Source: Lachnospiraceae bacterium (GTDB lineage Bacteria; Bacillota; Clostridia; Lachnospirales; Lachnospiraceae). Taken from it: a stretch of DNA of 64,000 nucleotides. Made by a program: the position numbers and the translations under genes. The notes beneath the pieces were generated by a model that worked only from the letters and a program-made list of their open reading frames with translations, ran no database searches and was not told the origin of the DNA. How positions within the stretch are numbered: the stretch's first letter is position 1; each line of letters begins with the position of its first letter. The stretch spans positions 1,100 to 65,099 of the forward strand of contig JAZRWF010000065.1 in assembly GCA_045599565.1 (NCBI GenBank), read 5' to 3'. This document shows positions 1 through 9,062 of this stretch, piece by piece.

Positions 1-99
1 GGGGCTAGCGGGAACCTACATGCGTGTGAAACCACGAGTCGGGGCTAGCGGGAACCTACATGTATATGAAACCACGAGTCGGGACGAGGGAGAACACCA
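1..99 (+). repeat. 40-bp tandem repeat containing ACCACGAGTCGGGGCTAG; tail of the dispersed intergenic element family, cut by the window start
   Basis: ACCACGAGTC at 31 and 71 and GGGGCTAGCGGGAACCTACATG at 1 and 41; same motif as the right end of elements at 3567, 17746, 54151 and 60414. Confidence 0.85.
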
Positions 100-198
100 T
101 GCCTAGGAAATTGTTATAGAGAAAGGCTTAAGGGGTGTGATATACTGAAAAAAATAAGCAAGGTGGCATTATGGATAAGATATTAGTGGTGTGGACTG

Positions 199-690
199 AT
201 GACAAAGAAGCTTTATCACAGGTTGGAATTAGTATTGTTTTTGGGGCTGTTCATAGTTTGGACAGCCTTCATCTGGCATAATTCCATGGAGCCAGCAAAT
301 GTTTCGGGGAGCAAAAGCTTATATATCACCGATGTCATAAATAGCATCCTTGCCCCTGTTCACATTCAGCTTACAGACCATATCGTCAGGAAAGCTGCGC
401 ACTTTGCAGAGTATGCCATAAGCGGTGCGCTGATGTTTGGAATTATGACAAATCTTTTGGCACTGCTTAGGTCAAATAGCATAAAAAAACCTATAAGAAA
501 GTCCGATGGAATCGTCATTCTTATAGGTTTTATGATTGCATTTGTCGACGAAGTGATTCAAAGGTTTACGCCTGGGCGCTCATGCCAGCTTAGCGACATG
601 ATGCTCGACACCGCAGGCTTTGCGTGCGGCTATTTATTCTTTTTGGCTGTTTTTAGTGCGATTACAGCTCTACGACATCGCCCATCTTGA
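199..690 (+). CDS. VanZ-like family membrane protein
   Basis: RKAAHFAEY and DEVIQRFTPGRS..SDM..D motifs; hydrophobic helices. Confidence 0.85.
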   Translation: MTKKLYHRLELVLFLGLFIVWTAFIWHNSMEPANVSGSKSLYITDVINSILAPVHIQLTDHIVRKAAHFAEYAISGALMFGIMTNLLALLRSNSIKKPIRKSDGIVILIGFMIAFVDEVIQRFTPGRSCQLSDMMLDTAGFACGYLFFLAVFSAITALRHRPS

Positions 691-3238
691 CTGCTCCGCC
701 CAGAATCTTTTTAGCAGCCTCGGTCTCGATATATTTCTGCACATATCTTCGCATAGGTCTGGCACCATAGAGAGGGTCGTATGCCTCCTCGATGACGCGT
801 GCCTTTGTCGCGTCTGACAGGCGGATCGAAATCTGCCTGTCTGCTAATCTCTCATTCAGTTCGCTCATTATAAGCTCTAGAATTCCAGTTAGATTTTCCT
901 TCGTCAAAGGCTTAAACATGATTATTTCATCGAGTCGATTTAAAAACTCTGGTCTGAATGCACTGCGAAGCTCATGCATGACAGCATCTGCGGCGTCTGG
1001 CAGAATCTCGCCAGATATCTCGTCTATTCCAGCTAACAAATGCTGACTTCCCAGATTACTTGTCAAAATAATGATAGTATTTTTAAAGTCCACAGTGCGG
1101 CCTGTACTATCAGTAATTCGACCATCATCTAGAACCTGAAGCAGCACATTGAAGACATCTGGGTGCGCTTTTTCTACCTCATCGAAAAGAACGACTGAGT
1201 ATGGCTTTCTGCGCACAGCCTCAGTAAGCTGGCCGCCTTCATCGTATCCGACATATCCCGGAGGCGCTCCGATCAGTCTTGAAACTGAGTATTTCTCCAT
1301 GTACTCCGACATATCGATTCTAACCATGGCCGCTTCGTCGTCGAAGAGTGCTTTCGCCAATGCCTTTGCCAGTTCGGTCTTTCCGACACCAGTAGGTCCA
1401 AGGAACAGGAACGAACCGATAGGTCTTTTTGGATCCTTTATGCCTGCCTTTGAGCGGATGATGGCATCCGCCACGAGGGTGACAGCCTCATCCTGACCTT
1501 TCACGCGCTTATGAAGCTCATCTGCCAGGTTCAAGGTCTTCGAGCGCTCACTCTCTGTGAGCTTCGCCACAGGTATTCCGGTCCAGCGTGAGATGATTCT
1601 GGCGATTTCATCAGCGTCCACATTCTCATGTACCAGTTCGGTGCTTCTGTTAGAAAGGGATTCCTCAGCGGATTTAAGCTTGGCCTCCAGCGCAGGGATT
1701 TCCCCATAGGTCAGTCTGGCTGCTTCTTCATAATTTCCGCTCGATTGAGCCAGAGCCACCTTATTTTTAGCGCCATCTATTTGTGCTTTTATCTCGGTCA
1801 CCGAACCCACGAGTGACTTTTCTGCGTCTAGCGCAGCCTTTTTCTGCTCGAAATCGCTTTTAAGCTCCGCCAGCTCCTTTGAAAGGTTCTCAAGCCTTTG
1901 CTTGGATAATTCGTCATCCTCCTTCTTAAGCGCTGCCTCCTCAATGGTCAGCTGCATAATCTTTCGGTTCTGCTCGTCCATCTCAGCAGGCATCGAGTCG
2001 AGCTCTGTCTTTATTAGGGCGCACGCCTCATCCACCAGGTCGATAGCCTTATCCGGCAAGAATCTATCCGAAATGTATCGATCCGACAAAGTCGCCGCTG
2101 CCACCAGTGCTCCGTCTGCGATTTTCACGCCGTGGAACACCTCGTAGCGCTCCTTTAGACCTCGCAAAATCGAGATCGTATCCTCGACTGTAGGTTCAGA
2201 CACCATAACTGGCTGGAAACGTCTTTCGAGAGCGGCGTCCTTTTCCATGTACTGTCTGTACTCGTCCAAGGTGGTCGCGCCGATACAGTGCAGCTCGCCG
2301 CGTGCGAGCATAGGCTTTAGCATATTTCCGGCATCAAGACCAGAGCCAGCGCCATTTTTTCCCGCGCCCACGATAGTGTGCAGTTCGTCTATAAATAGGA
2401 TAATCTCGCCGTTGCTGGACTTTATCTCGTCCAAAACAGCCTTCAAACGCTCCTCGAATTCACCCTGGTACTTCGCACCTGCTATGAGAGAGCCGATTTC
2501 GAGCGCAAATATCCTTTTATCCAGCAAATTTGCTGGGACATCGCCACGCACGATTCTTTGGGCGAGACCTTCGATAACTGCTGTTTTACCAACACCAGGC
2601 TCACCGATAAGCACCGGATTATTCTTAGTTTTTCTGCTTAGTATACGAATAAGGCTTCTAATTTCCTCATCACGTCCGATGACTGGGTCGAATTTGCCAC
2701 TTTTAGCTCGCTCCACCATGTCGTAGCCGTATTTTTCGAGTGTATCATAGGTCGCCTCGGGATTGTCTGTATTCACAGACTGATTTCCGCGGACACTTGC
2801 CAGCGCTTTAAGAAAGCTCTCGCGGGTGATGCTAAATTTGTTCAGAAGCTCCTTAATCGCTTTATTAGGCTTCTTTATGATAGAGAGCATCAAATGCTCC
2901 ACCGAAACGTAGGCATCCTTCATAGCCTTTGCTTCGTTTTCTGCTCCAAGCAGCACGTCGTTTAGCTCCTGACCCACGAATCTCTGGCCGCCAGTTACCT
3001 TTGTCAGGCTGTGCAAAGTCGCCTCGGATGCTGCTATAAAGTCGTGAATCTGATAATTATTGCTCTGATTTTCGATAAGGATTTTGTCTACAAGGCTAGG
3101 AATCAGTCCGTTTTCCTGTGTAAGCAGTACAAATAGTAGGTGCTCAGGCTTCAGCTCCTGGTTTCCATACTCGGCTGCCACATTTTCCAATGAATTAATC
3201 GCTTCTATCGACTTTTGTGTAAATTTCTGGATATTCAT
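662..3238 (-). CDS. clpB: ATP-dependent chaperone ClpB
   Basis: Clp N-domain, two AAA+ Walker A motifs ([16 protein letters not shown]), long coiled-coil middle domain; SD AAAGGAG; CIRCE upstream. Confidence 0.97.
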   Translation of the reverse strand: MNIQKFTQKSIEAINSLENVAAEYGNQELKPEHLLFVLLTQENGLIPSLVDKILIENQSNNYQIHDFIAASEATLHSLTKVTGGQRFVGQELNDVLLGAENEAKAMKDAYVSVEHLMLSIIKKPNKAIKELLNKFSITRESFLKALASVRGNQSVNTDNPEATYDTLEKYGYDMVERAKSGKFDPVIGRDEEIRSLIRILSRKTKNNPVLIGEPGVGKTAVIEGLAQRIVRGDVPANLLDKRIFALEIGSLIAGAKYQGEFEERLKAVLDEIKSSNGEIILFIDELHTIVGAGKNGAGSGLDAGNMLKPMLARGELHCIGATTLDEYRQYMEKDAALERRFQPVMVSEPTVEDTISILRGLKERYEVFHGVKIADGALVAAATLSDRYISDRFLPDKAIDLVDEACALIKTELDSMPAEMDEQNRKIMQLTIEEAALKKEDDELSKQRLENLSKELAELKSDFEQKKAALDAEKSLVGSVTEIKAQIDGAKNKVALAQSSGNYEEAARLTYGEIPALEAKLKSAEESLSNRSTELVHENVDADEIARIISRWTGIPVAKLTESERSKTLNLADELHKRVKGQDEAVTLVADAIIRSKAGIKDPKRPIGSFLFLGPTGVGKTELAKALAKALFDDEAAMVRIDMSEYMEKYSVSRLIGAPPGYVGYDEGGQLTEAVRRKPYSVVLFDEVEKAHPDVFNVLLQVLDDGRITDSTGRTVDFKNTIIILTSNLGSQHLLAGIDEISGEILPDAADAVMHELRSAFRPEFLNRLDEIIMFKPLTKENLTGILELIMSELNERLADRQISIRLSDATKARVIEEAYDPLYGARPMRRYVQKYIETEAAKKILGGAVKMGDVVEL

Positions 3239-3275
3239 ACACGCTCACTCCTTTCATATCCATCTGTTTAAAGTG

Positions 3276-3304
3276 AGTATAGCACGATTATTAGCACTCG
3301 TCAA
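3276..3304 (-). promoter_or_regulatory. sigma-A promoter of clpB
   Basis: minus strand TTGACG-N17-TATACT with extended -10 TG; overlaps CIRCE. Confidence 0.75.
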
Positions 3305-3317
3305 GAGAGAGTGCTAA
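3291..3317. promoter_or_regulatory. CIRCE operator (HrcA site)
   Basis: perfect TTAGCACTC-N9-GAGTGCTAA upstream of clpB. Confidence 0.95.
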
Positions 3318-3379
3318 TAAAATGTTTAAAGGTGGTTTATGTTTTAAGCAGCCTTTGGGTGAAATAGGTTTTAATGTCT

Positions 3380-3545
3380 AGGCAACTTTTTCACTGTTTT
3401 AGGACTTTCCGTTGCCTTTGGTCCTTGAAATGTGTTGGGAAAAGCAACTATTTGTATTGGTTTTTCGTAATCCGTTACTTTTCGCATGGATATAGTGCTA
3501 AAAAAAGCAACCTATGGCACTGGACTTTCGAAATCCGTTGCTTTT
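3380..3545. repeat. array of alternately inverted GCAAC/GTTGC cores with 62-63-bp period
   Basis: GCAAC at 3382, 3444, 3507; GTTGC/GTTAC at 3411, 3474, 3537; extended consensus AAAAGCAAC...TCCGTTRCYTT. Confidence 0.75.
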
Positions 3546-3566
3546 CGCTCACATGGAGTGCTGTGG

Positions 3567-3758
3567 CTAGCCCTGACTCGTGGTCTTAATTTCCTGGACA
3601 CCCGAAATATGACCAAAAACAGGCTGAATCTGTGAAGGAATTGTGAACTCTTGGTCTCTATTCTGCATTTGTCGCTACAAGACCAAAAAAGGGCGAAAAA
3701 TGGCAAATTTTGGTCTTGAGAGCTTAAGTAGCAAATTAAGACCACGAGTCAGGGCTAG
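3567..3758 (+). mobile_element. MITE/REPIN-like non-autonomous element, copy 1 (perfect 26-bp terminal inverted repeats)
   Basis: CTAGCCCTGACTCGTGGTCTTAATTT (3567-3592) is the exact reverse complement of 3733-3758; nested TGGTC/GACCA cores inside; homologous copies elsewhere in the window; mobility is inferred. Confidence 0.75.
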
Positions 3759-3918
3759 AGAAAGTGTAGTGGGGAGAGAACACCCACGAGTCAGGGCTGG
3801 AGAAAGTGTAGTGGGGAGAGAGAACACCACGCCTCAGGGCTGGAGAAAACGTAGTGGGAAGAGAGAACACCCACGGGTCAGGGCTAGAGAAAGCATAGTG
3901 GGGAGAAAAAGCGTAGTG
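3742..3918 (+). repeat. 42-44-bp G-rich tandem tail repeating the element's right terminus
   Basis: CCACG..TCAGGGCT.GAGAAA..TAGTGGG units start at 3742, 3784, 3827, 3871. Confidence 0.85.
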
Positions 3919-4011
3919 TCAGCGAAAAATGTTATAGCAATTTTTCAGGGGCTATGGTATACTTTCAAAGATTATGAGAAACTATGTGTTTCATTAGGAA
4001 AGGATATGTCG

Positions 4012-7000
4012 ATGGTAAAGCGAATTTACGTGGAAAAGAAGCCAGCTTACGCTGTAGCTGCTAAATCTCTTGCTAAGGAAATCAAGGGATATCTTGGCAT
4101 CGCAGGCATGACCGGAGTTAGAGTTTTAGTCAGATATGACGTGGAGAATGTCAGTGAGGCTACCTATCAGGCAGCAGTGAAGACTGTATTCTCTGAGCCA
4201 CCTGTTGACTTTGTATATGAAGAAAAGTTTGACTACGAGGGAAGAATCTTCTCAGTAGAGTTCCTTCCAGGTCAGTATGACCAGAGAGCAGATTCAGCTA
4301 CTCAGTGTCTGAAGCTTTTAAATGAGAACGAGGAGCCAGTTATCAGAACTGCTACTACCTATATTATAGAAGGAAGCATCTCAGATGACGAGTTTAATGC
4401 TATTATCAAGCATTGCATAAACCCTGTAGATTCGAGACAGACTGGCGAGGAGAAGCCAGCTACCTTGGAGCAGAAGTTCGATGAGCCTGAGAATGTGAAG
4501 ACATTTGACGGATTTACAAAGATGGCTGAGGAGAAGCTGAAGGAGCTTTATGATTCACTTAACCTTGCCATGACATTTAAGGATTTTTTGCACATCCAGA
4601 ACTACTTTAACAAGGATGAGCACCGCGATCCTACCGTGACCGAGATCAGAGTACTCGATACCTACTGGTCAGATCACTGCAGACATACCACCTTTTCTAC
4701 TGAGCTTAAGAATATCGCCTTCGAGGAGGGCTACTACCGTCCAGCCTTCGAGGCAGCATATAAGGATTATTTAGATAATTTCAAGATTCTTTACAAGGAT
4801 CGTGACGACAAATACGTTTGTCTCATGGACATAGCGCTTATGGCCATGAAGAAGCTGAAAAAGGATGGAAAGCTCGCTGATCAGGAGGAGTCTGATGAGA
4901 TAAATGCCTGCTCTATCGTAGTTCCTGTAGATGTGGACGGCGTAGAGGAGGAGTGGCTTATTAACTTTAAGAATGAGACTCACAACCACCCTACTGAGAT
5001 CGAGCCATTCGGTGGCGCTGCTACCTGCTTAGGCGGAGCTATAAGAGATCCACTTTCAGGACGTACCTATGTATATCAGGCTATGCGTGTGACTGGTGCA
5101 GCAGATCCTACTGTTCCTAATTCGCAGACCTTGGCTGGTAAGCTTCCTCAGAAGAAGCTCGTTCGCGAGGCCGCTCATGGATATTCGAGCTATGGAAACC
5201 AGATCGGTCTGGCTACAGGCTATGTAAAGGAAATCTATCACCCAGGTTATGTGGCTAAGCGTATGGAAATCGGTGCTGTTATGGGTGCTGCTCCAAGACG
5301 TGCTGTTCAGAGACTTAACTCTGATCCAGGAGACAGAATCATTCTTCTCGGTGGACGTACTGGACGTGATGGTATCGGTGGAGCTACCGGTTCATCTAAG
5401 GCTCACAATACCGAGTCTACCGCTGTATGTGGTGCTGAGGTTCAGAAGGGTAACGCACCTACTGAGCGTAAGATTCAGAGACTTTTCCGCAGAGAAGAGG
5501 TTTCTTATATTATTAAGAAGTGTAATGACTTCGGTGCAGGCGGTGTATCCGTAGCTATCGGTGAGCTCGCACCTGGTCTTAAGGTAAATCTTGACCTCGT
5601 TCCAAAGAAGTACGCAGGTCTGGACGGAACAGAGCTTTCTATTTCAGAGTCTCAGGAGCGTATGGCTGTAGTCGTAGACCCTGCTGATGTAGATAAGTTT
5701 TTACAGTATGCAGCTGAGGAAAACTTAGAGGCTATCGAGGTGGCTATCGTTACCGAGGAGCCACGTCTTGTTCTCACATGGAGAGATCAGGAGGTCGTAA
5801 ACCTTAGCCGTGCCTTCCTCGACACAAACGGTGCTCACCAGGAGACAGATGTCCTCGCAGAGCTTCCAAGGCACGAGGATAATTATTTAGAGACTATTTC
5901 TATAGAGAAAGTAGATGAAGACCTTAAGAAGAATGATCTTAAGGCTGCTATGCTCGATACCTTATCTGACCTTAATGTATGCTCACAGAAGGGTCTCGTG
6001 GAAATGTTCGACGGCTCTATCGGAGCATGCTCGACCTTCATGCCATTCGGTGGAAGGTACCAGCTTACCGAGACTCAGTCTATGGTAGCAAAGGTACCGG
6101 TGCTCGGTGGAAAGACAAACACCGTTACCATGATGGCATACGGCTTTGATCCGAAGCTTTCTAGCTGGTCACCTTACCACGGCGCTTCATTTGCTGTGGT
6201 CGAGTCACTTGCTCGCATCGTAGCCACTGGTGGTGTTTACAAGAAGGTTAGATTTACCTTCCAGGAGTACTTCAGACGTATGTCGAGTGAGCCAAGCCGC
6301 TGGTCACAGCCATTCTTGGCGCTCCTCGGTGCATATCAGGCACAGATGAAGCTTGGCCTGCCATCTATCGGTGGTAAGGATTCTATGTCAGGTTCATTTA
6401 ATGAGCTCGACGTACCTCCTACACTCGTTTCATTTGCTGTGGATACAGCTAAGCTTAACACTGTTATCACTCCAGAGCTTAAGGCAGCTGGCAACAAATT
6501 ATTCATCTGCCATGCGCTTCGCGATGCTTATGATCTTCCAAATTACGACCAGATTATGGATCTGTATGCTGGAATTCACACCCTTATCAAGAAGGGTTGG
6601 GTAGCATCTGCATATGCTCTCGACTCACACGGACTCTTCGCAGCTATAGCTAAGATGGGCTTTGGTAACAAGCTCGGCGCGAAGATCGTAGATGAGATTA
6701 ACAACACCCTTATGTTCGGCGTGACCCTGGGTGATATCGTTCTTGAGATCAAGGCGGAGCACGAGGAGGACATCACGAACTTCATCGAGACCTCTGTGAA
6801 GATGAGCGACTATATCGCCTGCGTCGGTGAGGTTACCGATGACGCTAAGTTTACCTACAGAGGCGTCAGCGTTTCTATGGATGAGGCTATCGCAGCTTGG
6901 ACTGGCACCTTAGAGAAGGTATTCCCTACCAGATCACATGAGGATATGTCACTTTGCGACGTGCCTTTATATGACAAGGGCACTATCATGGTAGCCAAGA

Positions 7001-7812
7001 ACAAGATAGCGAAGCCAAACGTATTTATCCCTGTATTCCCAGGTACCAACTGTGAATTTGACTCTGCAAAGGCTTTTGAGCGTGCAGGTGCGAACGTAAA
7101 GGTTATGGTATTTAAGAATAGAAATGCCCAGGACATCAGAGAGTCAGTAGACGAGTTCTCAAGAGCTATCGCTCAGGCTCAGATGATTATGTTCCCAGGC
7201 GGATTCTCCGCTGGTGATGAGCCAGAGGGATCAGCAAAGTTCTTCGCCACAGCATTCAGAAATGCTAAGATGACAGAGGCTGTCATGAAGCTTTTGAATG
7301 AGAGAGACGGACTTATGCTTGGTATTTGTAACGGTTTCCAGGCACTTATAAAGCTGGGTCTGGTGCCATACGGTGAGATTCGTCCACAGGATGAGAGTTC
7401 ACCTACACTTACCTATAACACCATCGGCCGTCACATTTCCAAGATGGCCTACACAAAGGTTATGACTAACAAGTCACCATGGCTTATGGGAGCCGAGCTT
7501 GGCAAGGTTTACAACTGCCCAGCTTCACATGGTGAGGGACGTTTCGTAGCACCTACAGAATGGGTTGAAAAGCTCATCGCAAATGGACAGGTAGCTACAT
7601 GTTACGTAGATGAGAACGGAAATCCTACTATGGATGAAGAGTGGAATATCAACGGTTCATTTGCTGCTATCGAGGGTATTACTTCTCCAGACGGAAGAGT
7701 TCTCGGAAAGATGGTTCACTCAGAGAGAAGAGATGACGGCGTAGCTATTAACATCTACGGCGAGCAGGATATGAAGATTTTCGAGAGTGGAGTTAAATAT
7801 TTTAGAGGGTAA
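4012..7812 (+). CDS. purL: phosphoribosylformylglycinamidine synthase (large single-chain form with glutaminase domain)
   Basis: WSDHCRH, ETHNHPT, GKDSMS, GICNGFQ, HSER motifs; start moved from ORF-track 3643 to ATG 4012 (alternative 4006) behind SD GAAAGGA. Confidence 0.95.
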   Translation: MVKRIYVEKKPAYAVAAKSLAKEIKGYLGIAGMTGVRVLVRYDVENVSEATYQAAVKTVFSEPPVDFVYEEKFDYEGRIFSVEFLPGQYDQRADSATQCLKLLNENEEPVIRTATTYIIEGSISDDEFNAIIKHCINPVDSRQTGEEKPATLEQKFDEPENVKTFDGFTKMAEEKLKELYDSLNLAMTFKDFLHIQNYFNKDEHRDPTVTEIRVLDTYWSDHCRHTTFSTELKNIAFEEGYYRPAFEAAYKDYLDNFKILYKDRDDKYVCLMDIALMAMKKLKKDGKLADQEESDEINACSIVVPVDVDGVEEEWLINFKNETHNHPTEIEPFGGAATCLGGAIRDPLSGRTYVYQAMRVTGAADPTVPNSQTLAGKLPQKKLVREAAHGYSSYGNQIGLATGYVKEIYHPGYVAKRMEIGAVMGAAPRRAVQRLNSDPGDRIILLGGRTGRDGIGGATGSSKAHNTESTAVCGAEVQKGNAPTERKIQRLFRREEVSYIIKKCNDFGAGGVSVAIGELAPGLKVNLDLVPKKYAGLDGTELSISESQERMAVVVDPADVDKFLQYAAEENLEAIEVAIVTEEPRLVLTWRDQEVVNLSRAFLDTNGAHQETDVLAELPRHEDNYLETISIEKVDEDLKKNDLKAAMLDTLSDLNVCSQKGLVEMFDGSIGACSTFMPFGGRYQLTETQSMVAKVPVLGGKTNTVTMMAYGFDPKLSSWSPYHGASFAVVESLARIVATGGVYKKVRFTFQEYFRRMSSEPSRWSQPFLALLGAYQAQMKLGLPSIGGKDSMSGSFNELDVPPTLVSFAVDTAKLNTVITPELKAAGNKLFICHALRDAYDLPNYDQIMDLYAGIHTLIKKGWVASAYALDSHGLFAAIAKMGFGNKLGAKIVDEINNTLMFGVTLGDIVLEIKAEHEEDITNFIETSVKMSDYIACVGEVTDDAKFTYRGVSVSMDEAIAAWTGTLEKVFPTRSHEDMSLCDVPLYDKGTIMVAKNKIAKPNVFIPVFPGTNCEFDSAKAFERAGANVKVMVFKNRNAQDIRESVDEFSRAIAQAQMIMFPGGFSAGDEPEGSAKFFATAFRNAKMTEAVMKLLNERDGLMLGICNGFQALIKLGLVPYGEIRPQDESSPTLTYNTIGRHISKMAYTKVMTNKSPWLMGAELGKVYNCPASHGEGRFVAPTEWVEKLIANGQVATCYVDENGNPTMDEEWNINGSFAAIEGITSPDGRVLGKMVHSERRDDGVAINIYGEQDMKIFESGVKYFRG

Positions 7813-7820
7813 CTAAGGTC

Positions 7821-7847
7821 GGTTTTCTCAAGCAAGTTGAGAAAACT
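7821..7847 (+). terminator. hairpin after purL
   Basis: GTTTTCTCAA-GCAAG-TTGAGAAAAC inverted repeat; no clear U-tract. Confidence 0.45.
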
Positions 7848-7957
7848 AAAGCCTATGTTTCCTTTGAAAACATAGGCAAAGACAATGGGGTCGCTAAATT
7901 ATGGGTTTGAAATAGCCATAGTTTGCGACCTGTTTTAAGGAATAGGAGGCATCATAA

Positions 7958-9061
7958 GTGAAAGCATTTTTAATTCTTTCAGATGGAACAGTTTTTCAGG
8001 GAACTTCCATAGGCTCTACGAGAGAGTGCGTCTCAGAAATCGTGTTCAACACATCGATGACGGGATATTTGGAGGTTTTGACTGACCCAAGCTACGCTGG
8101 ACAGGCAGTGGTGATGACATATCCATTGATCGGAAACTATGGAATCACACCTGATATGGAAAGCGCTAGACCTTGGGTGGATGGCTATATCGTGCGCGAG
8201 CTTAGCCGCATGCCTTCTAACTTCAGATGCGAGGGAACCATTCAGGACTTCCTGTTAAAGCATGATATTCCAGGTATCGCGGGCATCGACACCAGAGCAC
8301 TCACGAAGATTCTTCGCGAAAAAGGTACCATGAACGGCATGATTACGACCGATGAGAACTATGATTTGGATGCGGTCATGGAAAAGCTAAAGGCTTACCA
8401 TACTGGCGATGTGGTTTCAAAGGTTACCTGCAGCGAGAAATATGTGCTCAAGGGCAAGGGACCTAAGGTGGCTCTTTTAGACTTTGGTGCTAAGAAGAAT
8501 ATCGCAAAGTCCTTAAATGACCGTGGCTGTGAGGTGACAGTTTTCCCTGCGCACACACCTGCGAAGGAGATATTGGAAGGCGGCTTCGATGGAGTCATGC
8601 TCTCAAATGGTCCTGGAGATCCAAAGGACTGTGGACCTATCATAGATGAAATCAGAAAGCTCTACGAATCGGATATGCCGATATTTGCTATCTGCCTCGG
8701 ACATCAGCTCATGGCGCTGGCTACCGGAGCAGACACCTACAAGCTCAAGTACGGTCACAGAGGTGGAAACCATCCTGTAAAGGATCTTTCTACTGGCCGA
8801 GTTTACATAAGCTCACAGAATCACGGCTATGTCGTAGATACCGAGAAGTTGGATCCAAAGGTGGCTACGCCTGCATTTGTGAATGTAAACGACGGAACGA
8901 ACGAGGGTCTTAAGTACACAAACAAGAATATTTTCACCGTGCAGTTCCATCCGGAGGCTTGCCCTGGACCACAGGACAGCGCATATTTGTTTGATAGATT
9001 TTTAGACATGATTATGTCGGGCTCTAGCGAAGCGGGTTCGACTGGAGAGGAGGGAAAGTAA
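7958..9061 (+). CDS. carA: carbamoyl-phosphate synthase small subunit
   Basis: LTDPSY, SNGPGDP, ICLGHQ, QFHPE motifs; GTG start with SD AGGAGG. Confidence 0.97.
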   Translation: MKAFLILSDGTVFQGTSIGSTRECVSEIVFNTSMTGYLEVLTDPSYAGQAVVMTYPLIGNYGITPDMESARPWVDGYIVRELSRMPSNFRCEGTIQDFLLKHDIPGIAGIDTRALTKILREKGTMNGMITTDENYDLDAVMEKLKAYHTGDVVSKVTCSEKYVLKGKGPKVALLDFGAKKNIAKSLNDRGCEVTVFPAHTPAKEILEGGFDGVMLSNGPGDPKDCGPIIDEIRKLYESDMPIFAICLGHQLMALATGADTYKLKYGHRGGNHPVKDLSTGRVYISSQNHGYVVDTEKLDPKVATPAFVNVNDGTNEGLKYTNKNIFTVQFHPEACPGPQDSAYLFDRFLDMIMSGSSEAGSTGEEGK

Positions 9062-9062
9062 G

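Noticed and set aside
662-690. 29-bp convergent overlap of the VanZ-like gene and clpB
   Set aside because: Short 3' overlaps are common and there is no further evidence of function.
3512-3745. Similar minus-strand ORFs (MVLICYL..QDQ..., also 54007-54315) suggesting an element-encoded peptide
   Set aside because: The similarity simply follows the DNA repeat; there is no SD, and the same frame in copy 2 stops after about 41 codons.
3742-3918. CRISPR-like reading of the element tails (also 1-99)
   Set aside because: Spacers within a locus are near-identical, so these are tandem repeats; no leader or cas genes.
3643-4011. 123-aa N-terminal extension of PurL with HPRVRA.ESVVGRE repeats
   Set aside because: It is the repeat element and its tail read in frame; PurL-like sequence and a good SD begin at 4006/4012.
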